Positions 36,784 through 46,968 are shown, counted from the first letter of the stretch. The stretch: DNA of 64,000 nt from Actinomycetota bacterium (GCA_050692555.1 JBOGVS010000012.1:5993-69992), one strand, 5' to 3'. Translations and numbers: made by a program. Notes: generated by a model not told the origin, from the letters alone.

Positions 36784-38270
36784 CAGCGAGCGAAGACCTC
36801 GCGGCCACGCGAGACCGTGAGGACCGGACGCAGCTCTCGAATGTCGTAGATCTCGAACGGGTCGTCGTCGTAGGCCGCCAAGTCTGCGGCCGCCCCGGGC
36901 TCCAGGGTTCCCTTCTTCTCCAGGTGAGCCAGACGCGCGGCGCCGACGGTATGGAGCCGGATGGCTTGCTCCCGGGTCATCCGCTGTTCGGGGTCGTGGT
37001 GGTTCTCCAGGGCCCACACGGCCAGCATCGGATCGAGCGGAGTCACCGGCGTGTCGGACCCAGCGCCCACCTCCAGGCCCCGGGCGACCAGATCACGGAA
37101 CGGGTTCATCCGCCGGGCGCGCTCGGGGCCCAGCCGCCGCTCGTACATCCCGCCCTCATGACCCCACAGCGCGTCGAACGCCGGCTGCACGGAGATGGCC
37201 AGTCCCAGCGCCGCGGCCCGCTCCACCTGCGATGGCGAGGCCATCTCGAAGTGCTCGAGGCGGTGCCGGCGAGCCCGGAAATGCCGGCGGCTGCGGGAGT
37301 CGAGGCTTCCGTAGACCCGGGCCCAGACCTTGAGCGCCTGTTCGATCGCCGCGTCGCCGATCACGTGGAGCCCGGTCTGGAGCCCGGCCAGATGGGCGTT
37401 GTGCAGGAACTCCGCGAGCTCGTCGTCGGCGTAGGTCAGGGTCCCCCGGTCCTCATGGTCCGCATACGGCTCGTCGAGGAGCGCGGCGGTTCTGGCTCCG
37501 ATCGAGCCGTCCAGGAACATGTCGCCGCCGATCCTTGGTTGGCCGAGGTCTCCCATCACCCAGGGGATGTCGCGATCAGCGATGTACGTCACCGCGTCGA
37601 GCGGGAGGTCGGCGATGTGGCCCAGGAGGACCTCCACGTCCCGGCGCCCTCGCTTCGCGGGGATGGCCATCTCGTGCACGCAGGTCACCCCCCGAGCCGC
37701 GGCCAGGCTGGCGGCCTCGAGCTGGGCTCCCCGGATCGCCGCGGCCGGCAGGGAATAGAAATACCACCGCTGGGCCTGGGAGTTCGCTTCGTGACGAAGG
37801 ACCCCGATGGGCGCGCCGGATCCGTCCCGTTCCACGCCCTCCAGGTCCTCGACCCCCGAGGCCTTCAGGGCCGCGGTGTTGGCCAGGCTCACGTAGCCGT
37901 CGGCCCGAAGGATCAGGAGCGGCTCCTGGGATGCGCGGTCCAGCTCGGCCATCGACGGGAACGCGGGGTCGTCCCATCTGGTCTCGTCGAAGGACTGGCC
38001 GAGCGCAGGTCCCTGTCGGTGGGCCGCGAACTCCCGGGCGGCCTCAAGCAGCTGGTGCCGGGAGCGCACCTCGGAGAGATCCAGCCCGGCGAGCGCGGTC
38101 CCCGTCCCCGAGAGATGGACGTGGGCGTCGACGAACCCGGGGGCGATGGTGGTGCCCGGAAGCTCCACGGTGCGCTGAGCCGGCGGAGGCTCGCCCATGC
38201 CCACCCGCTCGACGTGACGATCGTCGACCAGGACCCAGTCCGCCTCGCCAAGGAGCGTGAGGGTGCGCAC
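36783..38270 (-). CDS. Metal-dependent amidohydrolase (amidohydrolase_3 family)
   Basis: GFVDAHVHL metal-binding motif, downstream His/Asp ligands (HVIGD, GSDTPV). GTG start chosen to avoid overlapping the divergent hisD start. Confidence 0.7.
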   Translation of the reverse strand: MRTLTLLGEADWVLVDDRHVERVGMGEPPPAQRTVELPGTTIAPGFVDAHVHLSGTGTALAGLDLSEVRSRHQLLEAAREFAAHRQGPALGQSFDETRWDDPAFPSMAELDRASQEPLLILRADGYVSLANTAALKASGVEDLEGVERDGSGAPIGVLRHEANSQAQRWYFYSLPAAAIRGAQLEAASLAAARGVTCVHEMAIPAKRGRRDVEVLLGHIADLPLDAVTYIADRDIPWVMGDLGQPRIGGDMFLDGSIGARTAALLDEPYADHEDRGTLTYADDELAEFLHNAHLAGLQTGLHVIGDAAIEQALKVWARVYGSLDSRSRRHFRARRHRLEHFEMASPSQVERAAALGLAISVQPAFDALWGHEGGMYERRLGPERARRMNPFRDLVARGLEVGAGSDTPVTPLDPMLAVWALENHHDPEQRMTREQAIRLHTVGAARLAHLEKKGTLEPGAAADLAAYDDDPFEIYDIRELRPVLTVSRGREVFAR

Positions 38271-38352
38271 GCGCGATGCTCGATAGAGGGTCTTCAACCC
38301 GGACCTCCCCGCGAAGCCCGGCGATTCTATCCGTCCCCGTACAATCGCAGGC

Positions 38353-39618
38353 ATGCTTCGCCTGCTTGACCTGCGACGGGGCGATCCACCGCCCGAGCCG
38401 GTCCGTCCGGCGCTCGACCCCGCGGTGCTCGAAGGCGCCAGGGGGATCTGTGAGCATGTTCGTTCGGACGGGGATGCGGCGCTCGTGGACCTCACCCGGA
38501 GGTACGACGGAGCCGACATCGAGGGCCGCATCGAGGTACCGAAGGACGAGCTGCGGTCCGCAGCGGACCAGCTCCCCGGTGAGCTGCGCTCGGCGATCGA
38601 TCGGATGGCCGAACGCCTCCGGGACCTCCATAGGCGCCAGCTTCCCGAGCCCTGGGACGCCGATCGCGACGGCGTCCGATACGGGGAGGTGGTCCGGCCC
38701 CTGGCGTCGGTGGGCTGCTACGTCCCCGGGGGGCGAGCGGCCTATCCATCCACGGTCCTGATGACCGCGGTCCCCGCTCGAGTGGCCGGTGTCGGCCGGG
38801 TGGTGCTGTGCACTCCGCCGTCCGAGGACAGTTCCCTGCCGCCGGCGGTGCGGTACGCGGCCTCGGTGGCCGGCATCGACGCCGTGTACCGGATCGGCGG
38901 CGCCCAGGCCATCGCCGCCTTGGCCTATGGGACCGAGACCGTGCCGGCGGTGGACAAGGTCGTGGGTCCCGGCAACGTGTGGGTCACCGCGGCGAAACGG
39001 GAGATCGCCGCGGTCGTGGGGATCGACGGCCTGGCCGGACCGACCGAGCTGGTGGTGGTGGCCGGCTCCGACGCCGACCCCGTGGTCCTCGGAGCGGACC
39101 TGGTGGCCCAGGCCGAGCACGATCCCCTGGCCCGGACCATCCTGGTGTGCCTGGACGACACCCTGGCCGAGAAGGTGGACCGAGCCCTGGACGCCGAGGT
39201 GGAGGCCTCGCCGCGGCGCGAGGTGGTCGCCGCGGCGCTCGGGGAGTCCATGGCGGTGATCGCGGGATCCGAGGGCGACGCCGCCCGGCTGGTGGACCGC
39301 TTGGCTCCCGAACATCTGCAGGTGGTCACCGAGCGTCCCCGAGCGTTCCTGGACCAAGTGCGCTCGTACGGCGCCGCGTTCCTGGGGCCGCTGACGCCCG
39401 TCTCGTTCGGGGACTACGGGGTCGGGTCGAACCACGTGCTGCCGACGATGGCCACCGCGAGGTTCTCCTCCGGTCTGCGCGCGTCGGACTTCGTGACGGT
39501 GTCCAGCGTGGTGGAGGGAACCGCCGACGGGCTGGCCGCACTCGGTCCGGACGTGGAGGCCGTCGCTCGGGCCGAGGGTCTGCCGGGGCACGCACGGTCC
39601 GCCGAGGTACGCCGATGA
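38353..39618 (+). CDS. hisD: Histidinol dehydrogenase
   Basis: Typical HisD length and motifs (GPGNVWVTAAK, AQAEHDP). Confidence 0.9.
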   Translation: MLRLLDLRRGDPPPEPVRPALDPAVLEGARGICEHVRSDGDAALVDLTRRYDGADIEGRIEVPKDELRSAADQLPGELRSAIDRMAERLRDLHRRQLPEPWDADRDGVRYGEVVRPLASVGCYVPGGRAAYPSTVLMTAVPARVAGVGRVVLCTPPSEDSSLPPAVRYAASVAGIDAVYRIGGAQAIAALAYGTETVPAVDKVVGPGNVWVTAAKREIAAVVGIDGLAGPTELVVVAGSDADPVVLGADLVAQAEHDPLARTILVCLDDTLAEKVDRALDAEVEASPRREVVAAALGESMAVIAGSEGDAARLVDRLAPEHLQVVTERPRAFLDQVRSYGAAFLGPLTPVSFGDYGVGSNHVLPTMATARFSSGLRASDFVTVSSVVEGTADGLAALGPDVEAVARAEGLPGHARSAEVRR

Positions 39619-40682
39619 CACCGTCCCTCCGTCCCGACCTGGCGTCGGTGGCGCCGTACCGGGCCCCGCAGGTTGAGGCGCCGGTGCGGCTCAACACCAA
39701 CGAATGTCCGTATCCCCTGCCTGAAGGGTTCGCCGAAGAGCTCGCCGCGGCGATCGCTCGGATCCCGTTCAACCGGTACCCGGATCGGGAGGCCACCGCC
39801 CTTCGCAAGGGCCTGGCCGAGTACGCCGATCACCCGTTCGCCGGCGTGTGGGCGGCCAACGGGTCGAACGAGGTCATCCAGCACCTGTGTCTGGCGTACG
39901 GCGGCCCCGGCCGCGCTGCGATGGTGTTCGAGCCCACCTACGGGCTGCACTCCTTGATCCCCCGGATGATCGGGATGGAGGTGTTGTCGGAGCGCCTCGG
40001 CGCCGACTTCCGGCTCGGCCCCGAGGCCGTGGATGCGGTCCGGGACCGGCGGCCGCACGTGGTGTTCGCGTGCTCGCCGAACAATCCCACGGGGAGCCAC
40101 CAGCCGCTGTCGGTGATCGAGGCCATGTGCGAGGCGGCCGGCGAGGGGTTGGTGATCGTCGACGAGGCCTACGGGGAGTTCGGGGGTGTGACCGCGGGAG
40201 ATCTGGTCGACGGGCGCCGGAACCTGGCCGTGGTCCGGACCTTCTCGAAGGCGTTCTCGCTGGCGGCGGCCCGGCTGGGGTACTGCCTGGCGGATCCCAA
40301 TGTGGTCGAGGACCTCGCCCGGGTCCGGCTCCCGTACCACCTGTCGGCCCTGACCCAGACCGCCGGAGAGGTGGCCCTGCGGTACGCCAACGAAGCCATG
40401 GGCATCTTGGAGCTGGTAGGGGCCGAACGGGATCGCCTGGCCGAATCCCTCGGAGCGATGGAAGCGGTAGAGGCTGTTCCCTCTGACGCGAACTTCGTCC
40501 TGTTCCGCACTGCTGCGAAGGCCGGGGCCCTGTGGCGGGCGTTGCTCGATCGCGGGGTGCTGGTCCGGGACGTCTCCGCGGCCCCCGGCCTCGAGCGCTG
40601 CCTCCGGGTCACCGCGGGGACTCCCCAGGAGGTCGACGCCTTCCTCGAGGCCTTTCCACCCGCACTCGAGGAGACTCGATGA
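39615..40682 (+). CDS. hisC: Histidinol-phosphate aminotransferase
   Basis: Class-II aminotransferase with the PLP-lysine region (SKAFSLAAARLGY). ATGA overlap with hisD. Confidence 0.85.
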   Translation: MTPSLRPDLASVAPYRAPQVEAPVRLNTNECPYPLPEGFAEELAAAIARIPFNRYPDREATALRKGLAEYADHPFAGVWAANGSNEVIQHLCLAYGGPGRAAMVFEPTYGLHSLIPRMIGMEVLSERLGADFRLGPEAVDAVRDRRPHVVFACSPNNPTGSHQPLSVIEAMCEAAGEGLVIVDEAYGEFGGVTAGDLVDGRRNLAVVRTFSKAFSLAAARLGYCLADPNVVEDLARVRLPYHLSALTQTAGEVALRYANEAMGILELVGAERDRLAESLGAMEAVEAVPSDANFVLFRTAAKAGALWRALLDRGVLVRDVSAAPGLERCLRVTAGTPQEVDAFLEAFPPALEETR

Positions 40683-41260
40683 ACCGGGAGGCGACCACTG
40701 AGCGAGCCACCGGGGAGACCCGGGTGACGGTTCGGCTGGACCTGGACGGCTCGGGGACGGGTTCGGCCAAGACGGGGATCCCGTTCTTCGACCACATGCT
40801 GGAGCAGCTGGGGACCCACGCGGGGTGGGACCTGGACGTCCGGGCCGACGGCGACCTCGACGTGGACGCCCACCACACCGTGGAGGACGTGGGTCTGGCC
40901 CTCGGCCGGGCTCTGGCGGAGGCGCTGGGAAACAAGGAGGGGATCCGGCGGTTCGGCCACGCCGCGGTGCCCCTCGACGAGGCTCAAGTGGATGTGGCCC
41001 TGGACCTCTCCGGCCGGCCGTTCGTGACCCACGAGGTCCCGGTCCCCGCGGAGCAGATCGGCACCTACGACCCCGGGCTCACCGAGGACTTCGTGCGCGC
41101 CTTCGCCACTTCGGCCGGGATGACCCTCCACGCCCGGCTGGTCTCCGGCCGGAGCCCCCACCACGTGGTGGAGGCCGAGTTCAAGGCCCTTGCTCGAGCC
41201 CTGGGCGACGCTTGCATGTTCGAGGGCAGGGGCACACCGTCCACCAAGGGTCTCCTGTAG
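40679..41260 (+). CDS. hisB: Imidazoleglycerol-phosphate dehydratase
   Basis: IPFFDHML and DAHHTVEDVG motifs. Confidence 0.9.
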   Translation: MNREATTERATGETRVTVRLDLDGSGTGSAKTGIPFFDHMLEQLGTHAGWDLDVRADGDLDVDAHHTVEDVGLALGRALAEALGNKEGIRRFGHAAVPLDEAQVDVALDLSGRPFVTHEVPVPAEQIGTYDPGLTEDFVRAFATSAGMTLHARLVSGRSPHHVVEAEFKALARALGDACMFEGRGTPSTKGLL

Positions 41261-41865
41261 TGCCCCGGGTGTCGATCCTCGACTACGGGATGGGCAACCT
41301 GCGGTCGGTGGCCCGGGCCGTGGACCGAGCCGGCGGGGAACCCGTGGTGACCTCGGACCCCGCGCAGGCCGAGATGGCCGACGCCATGGTGGTGCCCGGT
41401 GTGGGCGCCTTCGCCGCGTGCATGGAAGGGCTGCGGGACGCTGGGCTGGATGGCGCCGTGAGAAGGTTCGCCGGATCGGACCGCCCGCTGCTGGGGGTGT
41501 GTCTGGGCATGCAGGTGCTGTTTGACCGGAGCGATGAAGGCGACGCCGAGGGGCTGGGGGTATTCGCCGGCGAGGTCCGTCGGCTGCCGGCCACCGTGAA
41601 GGTCCCCCACATCGGATGGAACGAGGTGTCCTGGACCGCCGGCCACCCGCTGGTGGTGGGGATCGACTCGGGCACCAGGTTCTACTTCGTCCACTCCTAC
41701 GCGTGTGTGCCGAAGCAGCCCGTGACCATCGGCGAGACCGAGCACGGGATGCGGTTCGCCGCGGCCGTGGCTCGCGACACCGTGTTCGCCACCCAGTTCC
41801 ACCCCGAGAAGTCCGGGGACCCGGGACTGGAGATCTATCGAAACCTGGTCAAGGCGGCGGCGTGA
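41260..41865 (+). CDS. hisH: Imidazole glycerol phosphate synthase, glutaminase subunit
   Basis: Class-I GATase with GVCLGMQ catalytic Cys and HSY...QFHPEKS motifs. GTG start overlaps the hisB stop. Confidence 0.85.
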   Translation: MPRVSILDYGMGNLRSVARAVDRAGGEPVVTSDPAQAEMADAMVVPGVGAFAACMEGLRDAGLDGAVRRFAGSDRPLLGVCLGMQVLFDRSDEGDAEGLGVFAGEVRRLPATVKVPHIGWNEVSWTAGHPLVVGIDSGTRFYFVHSYACVPKQPVTIGETEHGMRFAAAVARDTVFATQFHPEKSGDPGLEIYRNLVKAAA

Positions 41866-42569
41866 TCGTCATCCCCGCCATCGACATCCGCGGAGGCCGC
41901 GTGGTCCGGCTGAAGCACGGCCGGGCCGAGGAGGAGACCGCCTATGCGGACGACCCCGTGGAGGTGGCTCGGCGGTTCGTCGGCGAAGGCGCCACGTGGC
42001 TCCATCTCGTGGACCTCGACGCGGCCATGGGGACCGGCCACAACCGCGAGATCCTCGGCGAGGTGGTTGGGGCGGCCGGCGCCCAGGTGCAGGTGGCGGG
42101 AGGCCTGCGATCTCCCCAGGCGCTCGACGACGCCCAAGCAGCGGGGGCCGCCCGGCTGGTCCTGGGGACCGCGGCGATTCTCGATCCCGGGTTCCTGAGA
42201 GCGTCGGTGGACCGGCTCGGCGACCGGCTGATCGCCGCCGTCGACGTCGATGGTGACCAGGTCCTGGTCCGGGGGTGGAAGGAACGGGCCGGCAAGCTCG
42301 GCGAGGTGCTCCCCCGGCTGGAGGAGGATGGCGCGCCGAGGCTGCTGGTCACCCAGGTGGCCCGGGACGGCACCCTGTCCGGTCCGGACATCGGGCTGTA
42401 CACCCGGCTGGTGGAACGGTGCGGCCGCCCGGTCCTGGCCTCGGGAGGCGTTCGGGACGTGGACGACCTGCGAGCGCTGTCGGCCACCGGGGTGGAAGCG
42501 GCCCTCGTGGGGACCGCGCTGTACGAGGGCCACCTCACGGTGGCTCAGGCCATCCAGGCGATCAAATGA
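41862..42569 (+). CDS. hisA: ProFAR isomerase (HisA; PriA-type likely in actinobacteria)
   Basis: [15 protein letters not shown]-terminus of the (beta/alpha)8 HisA family. GTGA overlap with hisH. Confidence 0.85.
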   Translation: MIVIPAIDIRGGRVVRLKHGRAEEETAYADDPVEVARRFVGEGATWLHLVDLDAAMGTGHNREILGEVVGAAGAQVQVAGGLRSPQALDDAQAAGAARLVLGTAAILDPGFLRASVDRLGDRLIAAVDVDGDQVLVRGWKERAGKLGEVLPRLEEDGAPRLLVTQVARDGTLSGPDIGLYTRLVERCGRPVLASGGVRDVDDLRALSATGVEAALVGTALYEGHLTVAQAIQAIK

Positions 42570-43324
42570 CTTTGGCCCGCCGGGTGATCCCCTGCCTGGA
42601 CGTCGACGCCGGCCGGGTGGTGAAGGGAACCCGGTTCGTGGACCTGGTGGACGCCGGCGACCCCGCGGAGCTGGCCGCCCGCTACGATGGGGAGGGGGCG
42701 GACGAGCTGGTGTTCCTGGACATCACCGCCACGGTCCAGGGGCGGGGAGCCACGCTCGACGTGGTGTCCCGCACCGCGGAGACCGTGTTCATCCCGCTGA
42801 CGGTGGGCGGCGGGATCCGTTCGGAGCAGGACGTCCGGACCCTGCTGAGGGCCGGAGCCGACAAGGTCTCGCTGAACACCGCGGCGGTCCACGATCCATC
42901 CCTCCTGGCCGCATGTGCCGACCGGTTCGGCACGCAATGTGTGGTCGTCGCCGTCGACGCCCGGAGGCGTGACGGTGGCTGGGAGGTGGTGGTGGAGGGC
43001 GGACGAACCCCCACCGGCCGGGACGCGGTGGCGTGGGCGGAGCAGGCCGCCGAACTGGGCGCCGGAGAGGTCCTCCTGACGTCGATGGACCGCGACGGCA
43101 CCGGGGAGGGATACGACCTGGACCTCCTCCGGGCGGTGACCGGGGCCGTCCCGGTGCCGGTGATCGCATCCGGCGGGGCCGGCCGCCCCCAGCACTTCGC
43201 CGACGCCCTGACGGCGGGGGGCGCCGATGCGGTGCTGGCGGCGTCGAGGTTTCATTTCGGAGCGCTCACGCTTCGTCAGGTGAAGGAGTACCTTGCCCGG
43301 AACGGAATCCCGGTGAGGCGCTGA
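42566..43324 (+). CDS. hisF: Imidazole glycerol phosphate synthase, cyclase subunit
   Basis: [16 protein letters not shown] and VFLDITAT motifs. Confidence 0.9.
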   Translation: MTLARRVIPCLDVDAGRVVKGTRFVDLVDAGDPAELAARYDGEGADELVFLDITATVQGRGATLDVVSRTAETVFIPLTVGGGIRSEQDVRTLLRAGADKVSLNTAAVHDPSLLAACADRFGTQCVVVAVDARRRDGGWEVVVEGGRTPTGRDAVAWAEQAAELGAGEVLLTSMDRDGTGEGYDLDLLRAVTGAVPVPVIASGGAGRPQHFADALTAGGADAVLAASRFHFGALTLRQVKEYLARNGIPVRR

Positions 43325-43653
43325 TGAGCGAACCCGATCTGGTACTGCGGTTCGACGAACGCGGTCTGGTCCCCGCGGTCATCCAGGACGTGGAGAACGG
43401 CGAGGTCCTCATGGTCGCGTGGATGAACGAGGAGGCGGTCCGCAGGACGCTGGACTCCGGCCGTACGTGGTTCTGGAGCCGCTCCCGGCAGGAGCTGTGG
43501 CGAAAGGGCGACACCACCGGCCACGTCCAGCACGTTCGCGAGGTCCGCTACGACTGCGACGCGGACACCTTGCTGGTGAAGGTCGACCAGGTCGGCGCGG
43601 CGTGCCACACCGGCGAGCGGTCGTGCTTCCACCGGGTTCTGGAGACATCCTGA
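43324..43653 (+). CDS. hisI: Phosphoribosyl-AMP cyclohydrolase
   Basis: ~110-aa HisI with WFWSRSR...GDTTGH and a CHTGERSCF zinc-site motif. No HisE domain fused. Confidence 0.85.
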   Translation: MSEPDLVLRFDERGLVPAVIQDVENGEVLMVAWMNEEAVRRTLDSGRTWFWSRSRQELWRKGDTTGHVQHVREVRYDCDADTLLVKVDQVGAACHTGERSCFHRVLETS

Positions 43654-44531
43654 TGCTTCGGTTCGTGATCCCCAAGGGCTCGCTGGAGGAACAGACCCTG
43701 CTGCTCCTGGAGTCCGCCGACCTCCGGGTTCGGCGGGGGTCCGACCGCGACTATCACGGTCGCATCGACGACGATCGCATCGACCGCGTCTCGCTGCTCC
43801 GTCCCCAGGAGATCCCCCGGTACGTGGAGGACGGGTTCTTCGACCTGGGGATCACCGGCCGGGACTGGGTGGAGGAGACCGGAGCGGACGTGGAGACCCT
43901 GGCCGAGCTCACGTATGCAAAGGGCGGTCCCGGCCACCCCGTGCGGCTGGTGCTGGCGGTGCCGGTGGACTCGGGCCCCGGTCGGGCCGCCGAAATGCCT
44001 CCCGGCAGCCGGATCTCCACCGAGTATCCCGAGATCACCAGGAGGTACTTCGGGGACCTGGGGATCCCGGTGAAGGTGTTCGAGTCCTACGGTGCCACCG
44101 AGGCCAAGGTCCCCGACATCGTGGACGCCATCGTGGACGTGTCGGAGACCGGAGGGACGCTCCGGGCGCACGGGATGAAGATCATCGAGACGCTCATGGA
44201 GTCGGAGGTCCTGCTGATCGCCAACCGCGCCGCGGCGGCGGATCCGGGGAAGCGGCCGGACATGGACGATGTCCGAACGCTGCTCCTGGGCGCCATGGCC
44301 GCCCGGGGCCGGGCCCTCATCAAGCTCAACGTGTCCGAGGAGCGGCTGAAGGAGATCCTCGAGGTCCTCCCGGCCATGAAGGCCCCCACGGTGTCGCCGC
44401 TGGCCGAGGAGGGCGCCTATGCCGTGGAGACCGTGGTGGAGAAGCGCAACGTGAACACCCTGATCCCCCTCCTCAAGGCCTACGGGGCCACCGACATCCT
44501 CGAGATCCCCATCAGCAAGATCGTTCCCTAG
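43653..44531 (+). CDS. hisG: ATP phosphoribosyltransferase (long form)
   Basis: [12 protein letters not shown]-terminus. ~290 aa including a C-terminal regulatory domain. Confidence 0.85.
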   Translation: MLRFVIPKGSLEEQTLLLLESADLRVRRGSDRDYHGRIDDDRIDRVSLLRPQEIPRYVEDGFFDLGITGRDWVEETGADVETLAELTYAKGGPGHPVRLVLAVPVDSGPGRAAEMPPGSRISTEYPEITRRYFGDLGIPVKVFESYGATEAKVPDIVDAIVDVSETGGTLRAHGMKIIETLMESEVLLIANRAAAADPGKRPDMDDVRTLLLGAMAARGRALIKLNVSEERLKEILEVLPAMKAPTVSPLAEEGAYAVETVVEKRNVNTLIPLLKAYGATDILEIPISKIVP

Positions 44532-44812
44532 TCGGGAGGAACGAAGAACCGGCCGGGTCGGGGGCGGATCCTGGTCACGGTGAGCGAGCCGGCATCCCCA
44601 CCGAAGTGCAGCTCTACCGGGAACGAGGGTGCCGAGGGCAGCCGGTTGTAGGCCGACCCCTGCCCCAAGACGAGCACCAGCCGGGCGCCGGCCGGAACCA
44701 CGGCGTCGAGCGGCTGGAATGAGAAGTCCACGGTCATCCGCTCCCCCGGGGTGACCGGACCGGCGTGGTCCTCGGTGCGGGTGGGAAAGCGCAGGTCGAT
44801 CGAGCGGTTCAT
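44528..44812 (-). CDS. Small hypothetical protein, translationally coupled (1-nt overlap) to the upstream reverse-transcriptase ORF
   Basis: 94-aa ORF directly downstream of the RT in the -1 frame. Either an RT C-terminal region split by a frameshift or a partner protein. Confidence 0.35.
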   Translation of the reverse strand: MNRSIDLRFPTRTEDHAGPVTPGERMTVDFSFQPLDAVVPAGARLVLVLGQGSAYNRLPSAPSFPVELHFGGDAGSLTVTRIRPRPGRFFVPPD

Positions 44813-45426
44813 CAGGCCGAGGACCCATCATCTCCCGGCCACCGCAGCGCGGTGGGCCCCTCCACGACCGAGGTCTTCCGCTCCGACCGGCGGAGCCCCA
44901 CCCGACCGAGGGCCTCGTCGATCCGATCGAGGACGACGAGCATCCCACCGGCTGACGGCAGGCCGATCAGATAGTCGTCCACCCATCGAAGGATGGGAGT
45001 AGGTGAGAGGGCTTCGTCGACGGGCCGGAGGACGGCATTGGCCATCACGGCGGAGGCCGGCGGGCCGATGGGGAGGCCTTCGTAGCCCTCGCTCCCCCAC
45101 TCCTCCAGCATGTCTGCCGACAGTCGGGCGTCCACCGGGTCCGCACCGGAGGACCGAAGGCACTCAGCCAGGACCGGCGGGGTCACCGATCCGTAGAACG
45201 AGGCCACGTCCGTCCGGAGCAGGAGCGAGGAGCGTCCGGCCACCCCGGCCGCCACCCGATTGGCCAGCCGGATGGACGCCGGGACCGGGGCCAAGCTCCA
45301 CGCCGTCGCCGACTCGGTCGACCGGTTCGCCAGGACACCCGGCTGCAGGCGCTGCTCGATGACCGGGGCCACCCGGCCGCCGAGCCGGTGCCACGCCGCC
45401 TCATCCCGCGGCGAGAGAACGGCCAT
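44812..45426 (-). CDS. Compact reverse transcriptase-like protein (RT motifs 1-7)
   Basis: AGVAGRS (motif 1), LLLRTDVASFYGSV (motif 2), GLPIGPPASAVMANAVL (motif 4/B), LRWVDDYLIG (motif 5/C, xDD catalytic box), GLRRSERKTSVV (motif 6/7). Confidence 0.6.
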   Translation of the reverse strand: MAVLSPRDEAAWHRLGGRVAPVIEQRLQPGVLANRSTESATAWSLAPVPASIRLANRVAAGVAGRSSLLLRTDVASFYGSVTPPVLAECLRSSGADPVDARLSADMLEEWGSEGYEGLPIGPPASAVMANAVLRPVDEALSPTPILRWVDDYLIGLPSAGGMLVVLDRIDEALGRVGLRRSERKTSVVEGPTALRWPGDDGSSA

Positions 45427-45608
45427 CCTCCGGAACCCTCCGGATGGTTTGGCCTCCCACCGTGAAACGATTGGATCGACGAGCGCCAGCGGTCCTCCCC
45501 CGGCCAGAGGGAGGTGCGGCCCAACCGTTTGTATCCCGGCGCCGACGCCACCGCCTATCCCCCGTTCGGGGGTTCCGTGCTCCTCCGGTCAGGGGATGTT
45601 CGGCTGAG

Positions 45609-46955
45609 TCAGGAGCGCGGCAGCTCGGCGAGCCGCTCGAACAGCAGGGCCTGAGAGACGCAGGTCTTCTCGAAATCGTCGAGGAGCAGGCTCTCGTTGG
45701 CTCCGTGAGCTCGCCCATCCGGGTCCTCGACGCCGGTGAGGAGGATGGCGGTGTCCGGGTACGCCTCGGCGAACGCGGCCACCAGCGGGATGGTCCCCCC
45801 CGCGCCGATGTCCTTGGGGGCGGCCCCCCAGCCCTCCTCGAACGCCTGCCGGGCGGCCTGGTACACGGGGCCCTCCGCCGGGACCTGGAACGGCCAGGCG
45901 CCCGCTCCCTCGGTGACCGTCACCCGGGCGCCCCATGGTGCGTTCGACTCCAGGTGGTGGACCAGGGCCTTCATGGCCCGGGTCGGGTCGTCGCCCGGAG
46001 CGAGTCGAAGGCTGACCTTGGCCCGGGCCACCGGCACCAGGATGTTCGCGGCCTCGGGGACCCGCGGCGCGTCGATCCCCAGCACCGCCAGCGCTGGGCG
46101 GGACCACAGCCGCTCGGTGAGCTCTCCATCCCCGATCAGCTGCAGACCCTCGACGGATCCGGCCTGCTCCCGGAACTCCTGTTCGGTGAGATCCAGGGGG
46201 TCCGAGGGGCCCGACGCCAGGCCGTCGATGGCCACGTTCCCTCGGTCGTCATGGAGGGTTGCCAGCAGCCGGGACAGCGAGGTGAGGGCGTCGGGAAGCG
46301 GGCCTCCCCACATGCCGCTGTGGACGGCGTGGTCGAGGGTCCTCACCTCCACGACGCAGTCGACCAGGCCGCGCAGCTTGGTAGTGAGGCCCGGGGTCCC
46401 CACCCGCCAGTTCGACGCGTCGGCCAGGATGATCACGTCGGCGCGAAGGGCATCCGCGTACCGATCGAGGAACGCCGGGAGGTTCGGTGACCCTTGCTCC
46501 TCTTCGCCCTCGATGAACACCCGCACTCCGACCGGCGGCGCGCCGTCGTGAGCCAGCAAGGAAGCCTGGTGGAGGGCGATCCCCGCTTTGTCGTCACAGG
46601 AACCTCGTCCGAACAGCCTGCCATCTCTTTCGGTGGGCTCGAACGGCGGGGTGTCCCAGTCGGACTCGTCTCCGGGGGGCTGGACGTCGTGGTGCGCGTA
46701 CAGCAGTACCGTGGGAGCTCCGTCGGGAGCCGGATGCTCACCGACCACCGCGGGATGGGCTCCCTCCACCTCGAGGAGCCGGACCCCCTGAAGGCCACAG
46801 CCCTCGAGGATCTCGGCGGTGAGCTCCGCGGAGGCGCGCACGGGCGCCGGGTCGAAACCTTCGAAGCTGACGGAGGGGATCCGGATGAGCCGTTCGAGGT
46901 CCTTACGAACACGGGGAAGCACGGCGCGGGTGGCTTCCCGGAGGTCGGCGCTCAC
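45609..46955 (-). CDS. M20-family metallopeptidase (dipeptidase / DapE-ArgE like)
   Basis: HHDVQP and GRGSCDDKAG metal-binding motifs. Dimerisation-domain architecture. Confidence 0.8.
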   Translation of the reverse strand: MSADLREATRAVLPRVRKDLERLIRIPSVSFEGFDPAPVRASAELTAEILEGCGLQGVRLLEVEGAHPAVVGEHPAPDGAPTVLLYAHHDVQPPGDESDWDTPPFEPTERDGRLFGRGSCDDKAGIALHQASLLAHDGAPPVGVRVFIEGEEEQGSPNLPAFLDRYADALRADVIILADASNWRVGTPGLTTKLRGLVDCVVEVRTLDHAVHSGMWGGPLPDALTSLSRLLATLHDDRGNVAIDGLASGPSDPLDLTEQEFREQAGSVEGLQLIGDGELTERLWSRPALAVLGIDAPRVPEAANILVPVARAKVSLRLAPGDDPTRAMKALVHHLESNAPWGARVTVTEGAGAWPFQVPAEGPVYQAARQAFEEGWGAAPKDIGAGGTIPLVAAFAEAYPDTAILLTGVEDPDGRAHGANESLLLDDFEKTCVSQALLFERLAELPRS

Positions 46956-46968
46956 GCGGAGGAGGCTA

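Noticed and set aside
38270-38354. ATG start at 38354 for the amidohydrolase, extending it to overlap the divergent hisD start codon
   Set aside because: It would create a head-to-head overlap of two start codons. The downstream GTG (38270) gives a normal N-terminus before the GFVDAHVHL motif.
45427-45608. Retron msr/msd ncRNA upstream of the RT
   Set aside because: Only a short CCCCCgttcGGGGG hairpin is evident. The long a1/a2 inverted repeats typical of retron ncRNA cannot be confirmed by eye, so this is left as a check rather than a feature call.
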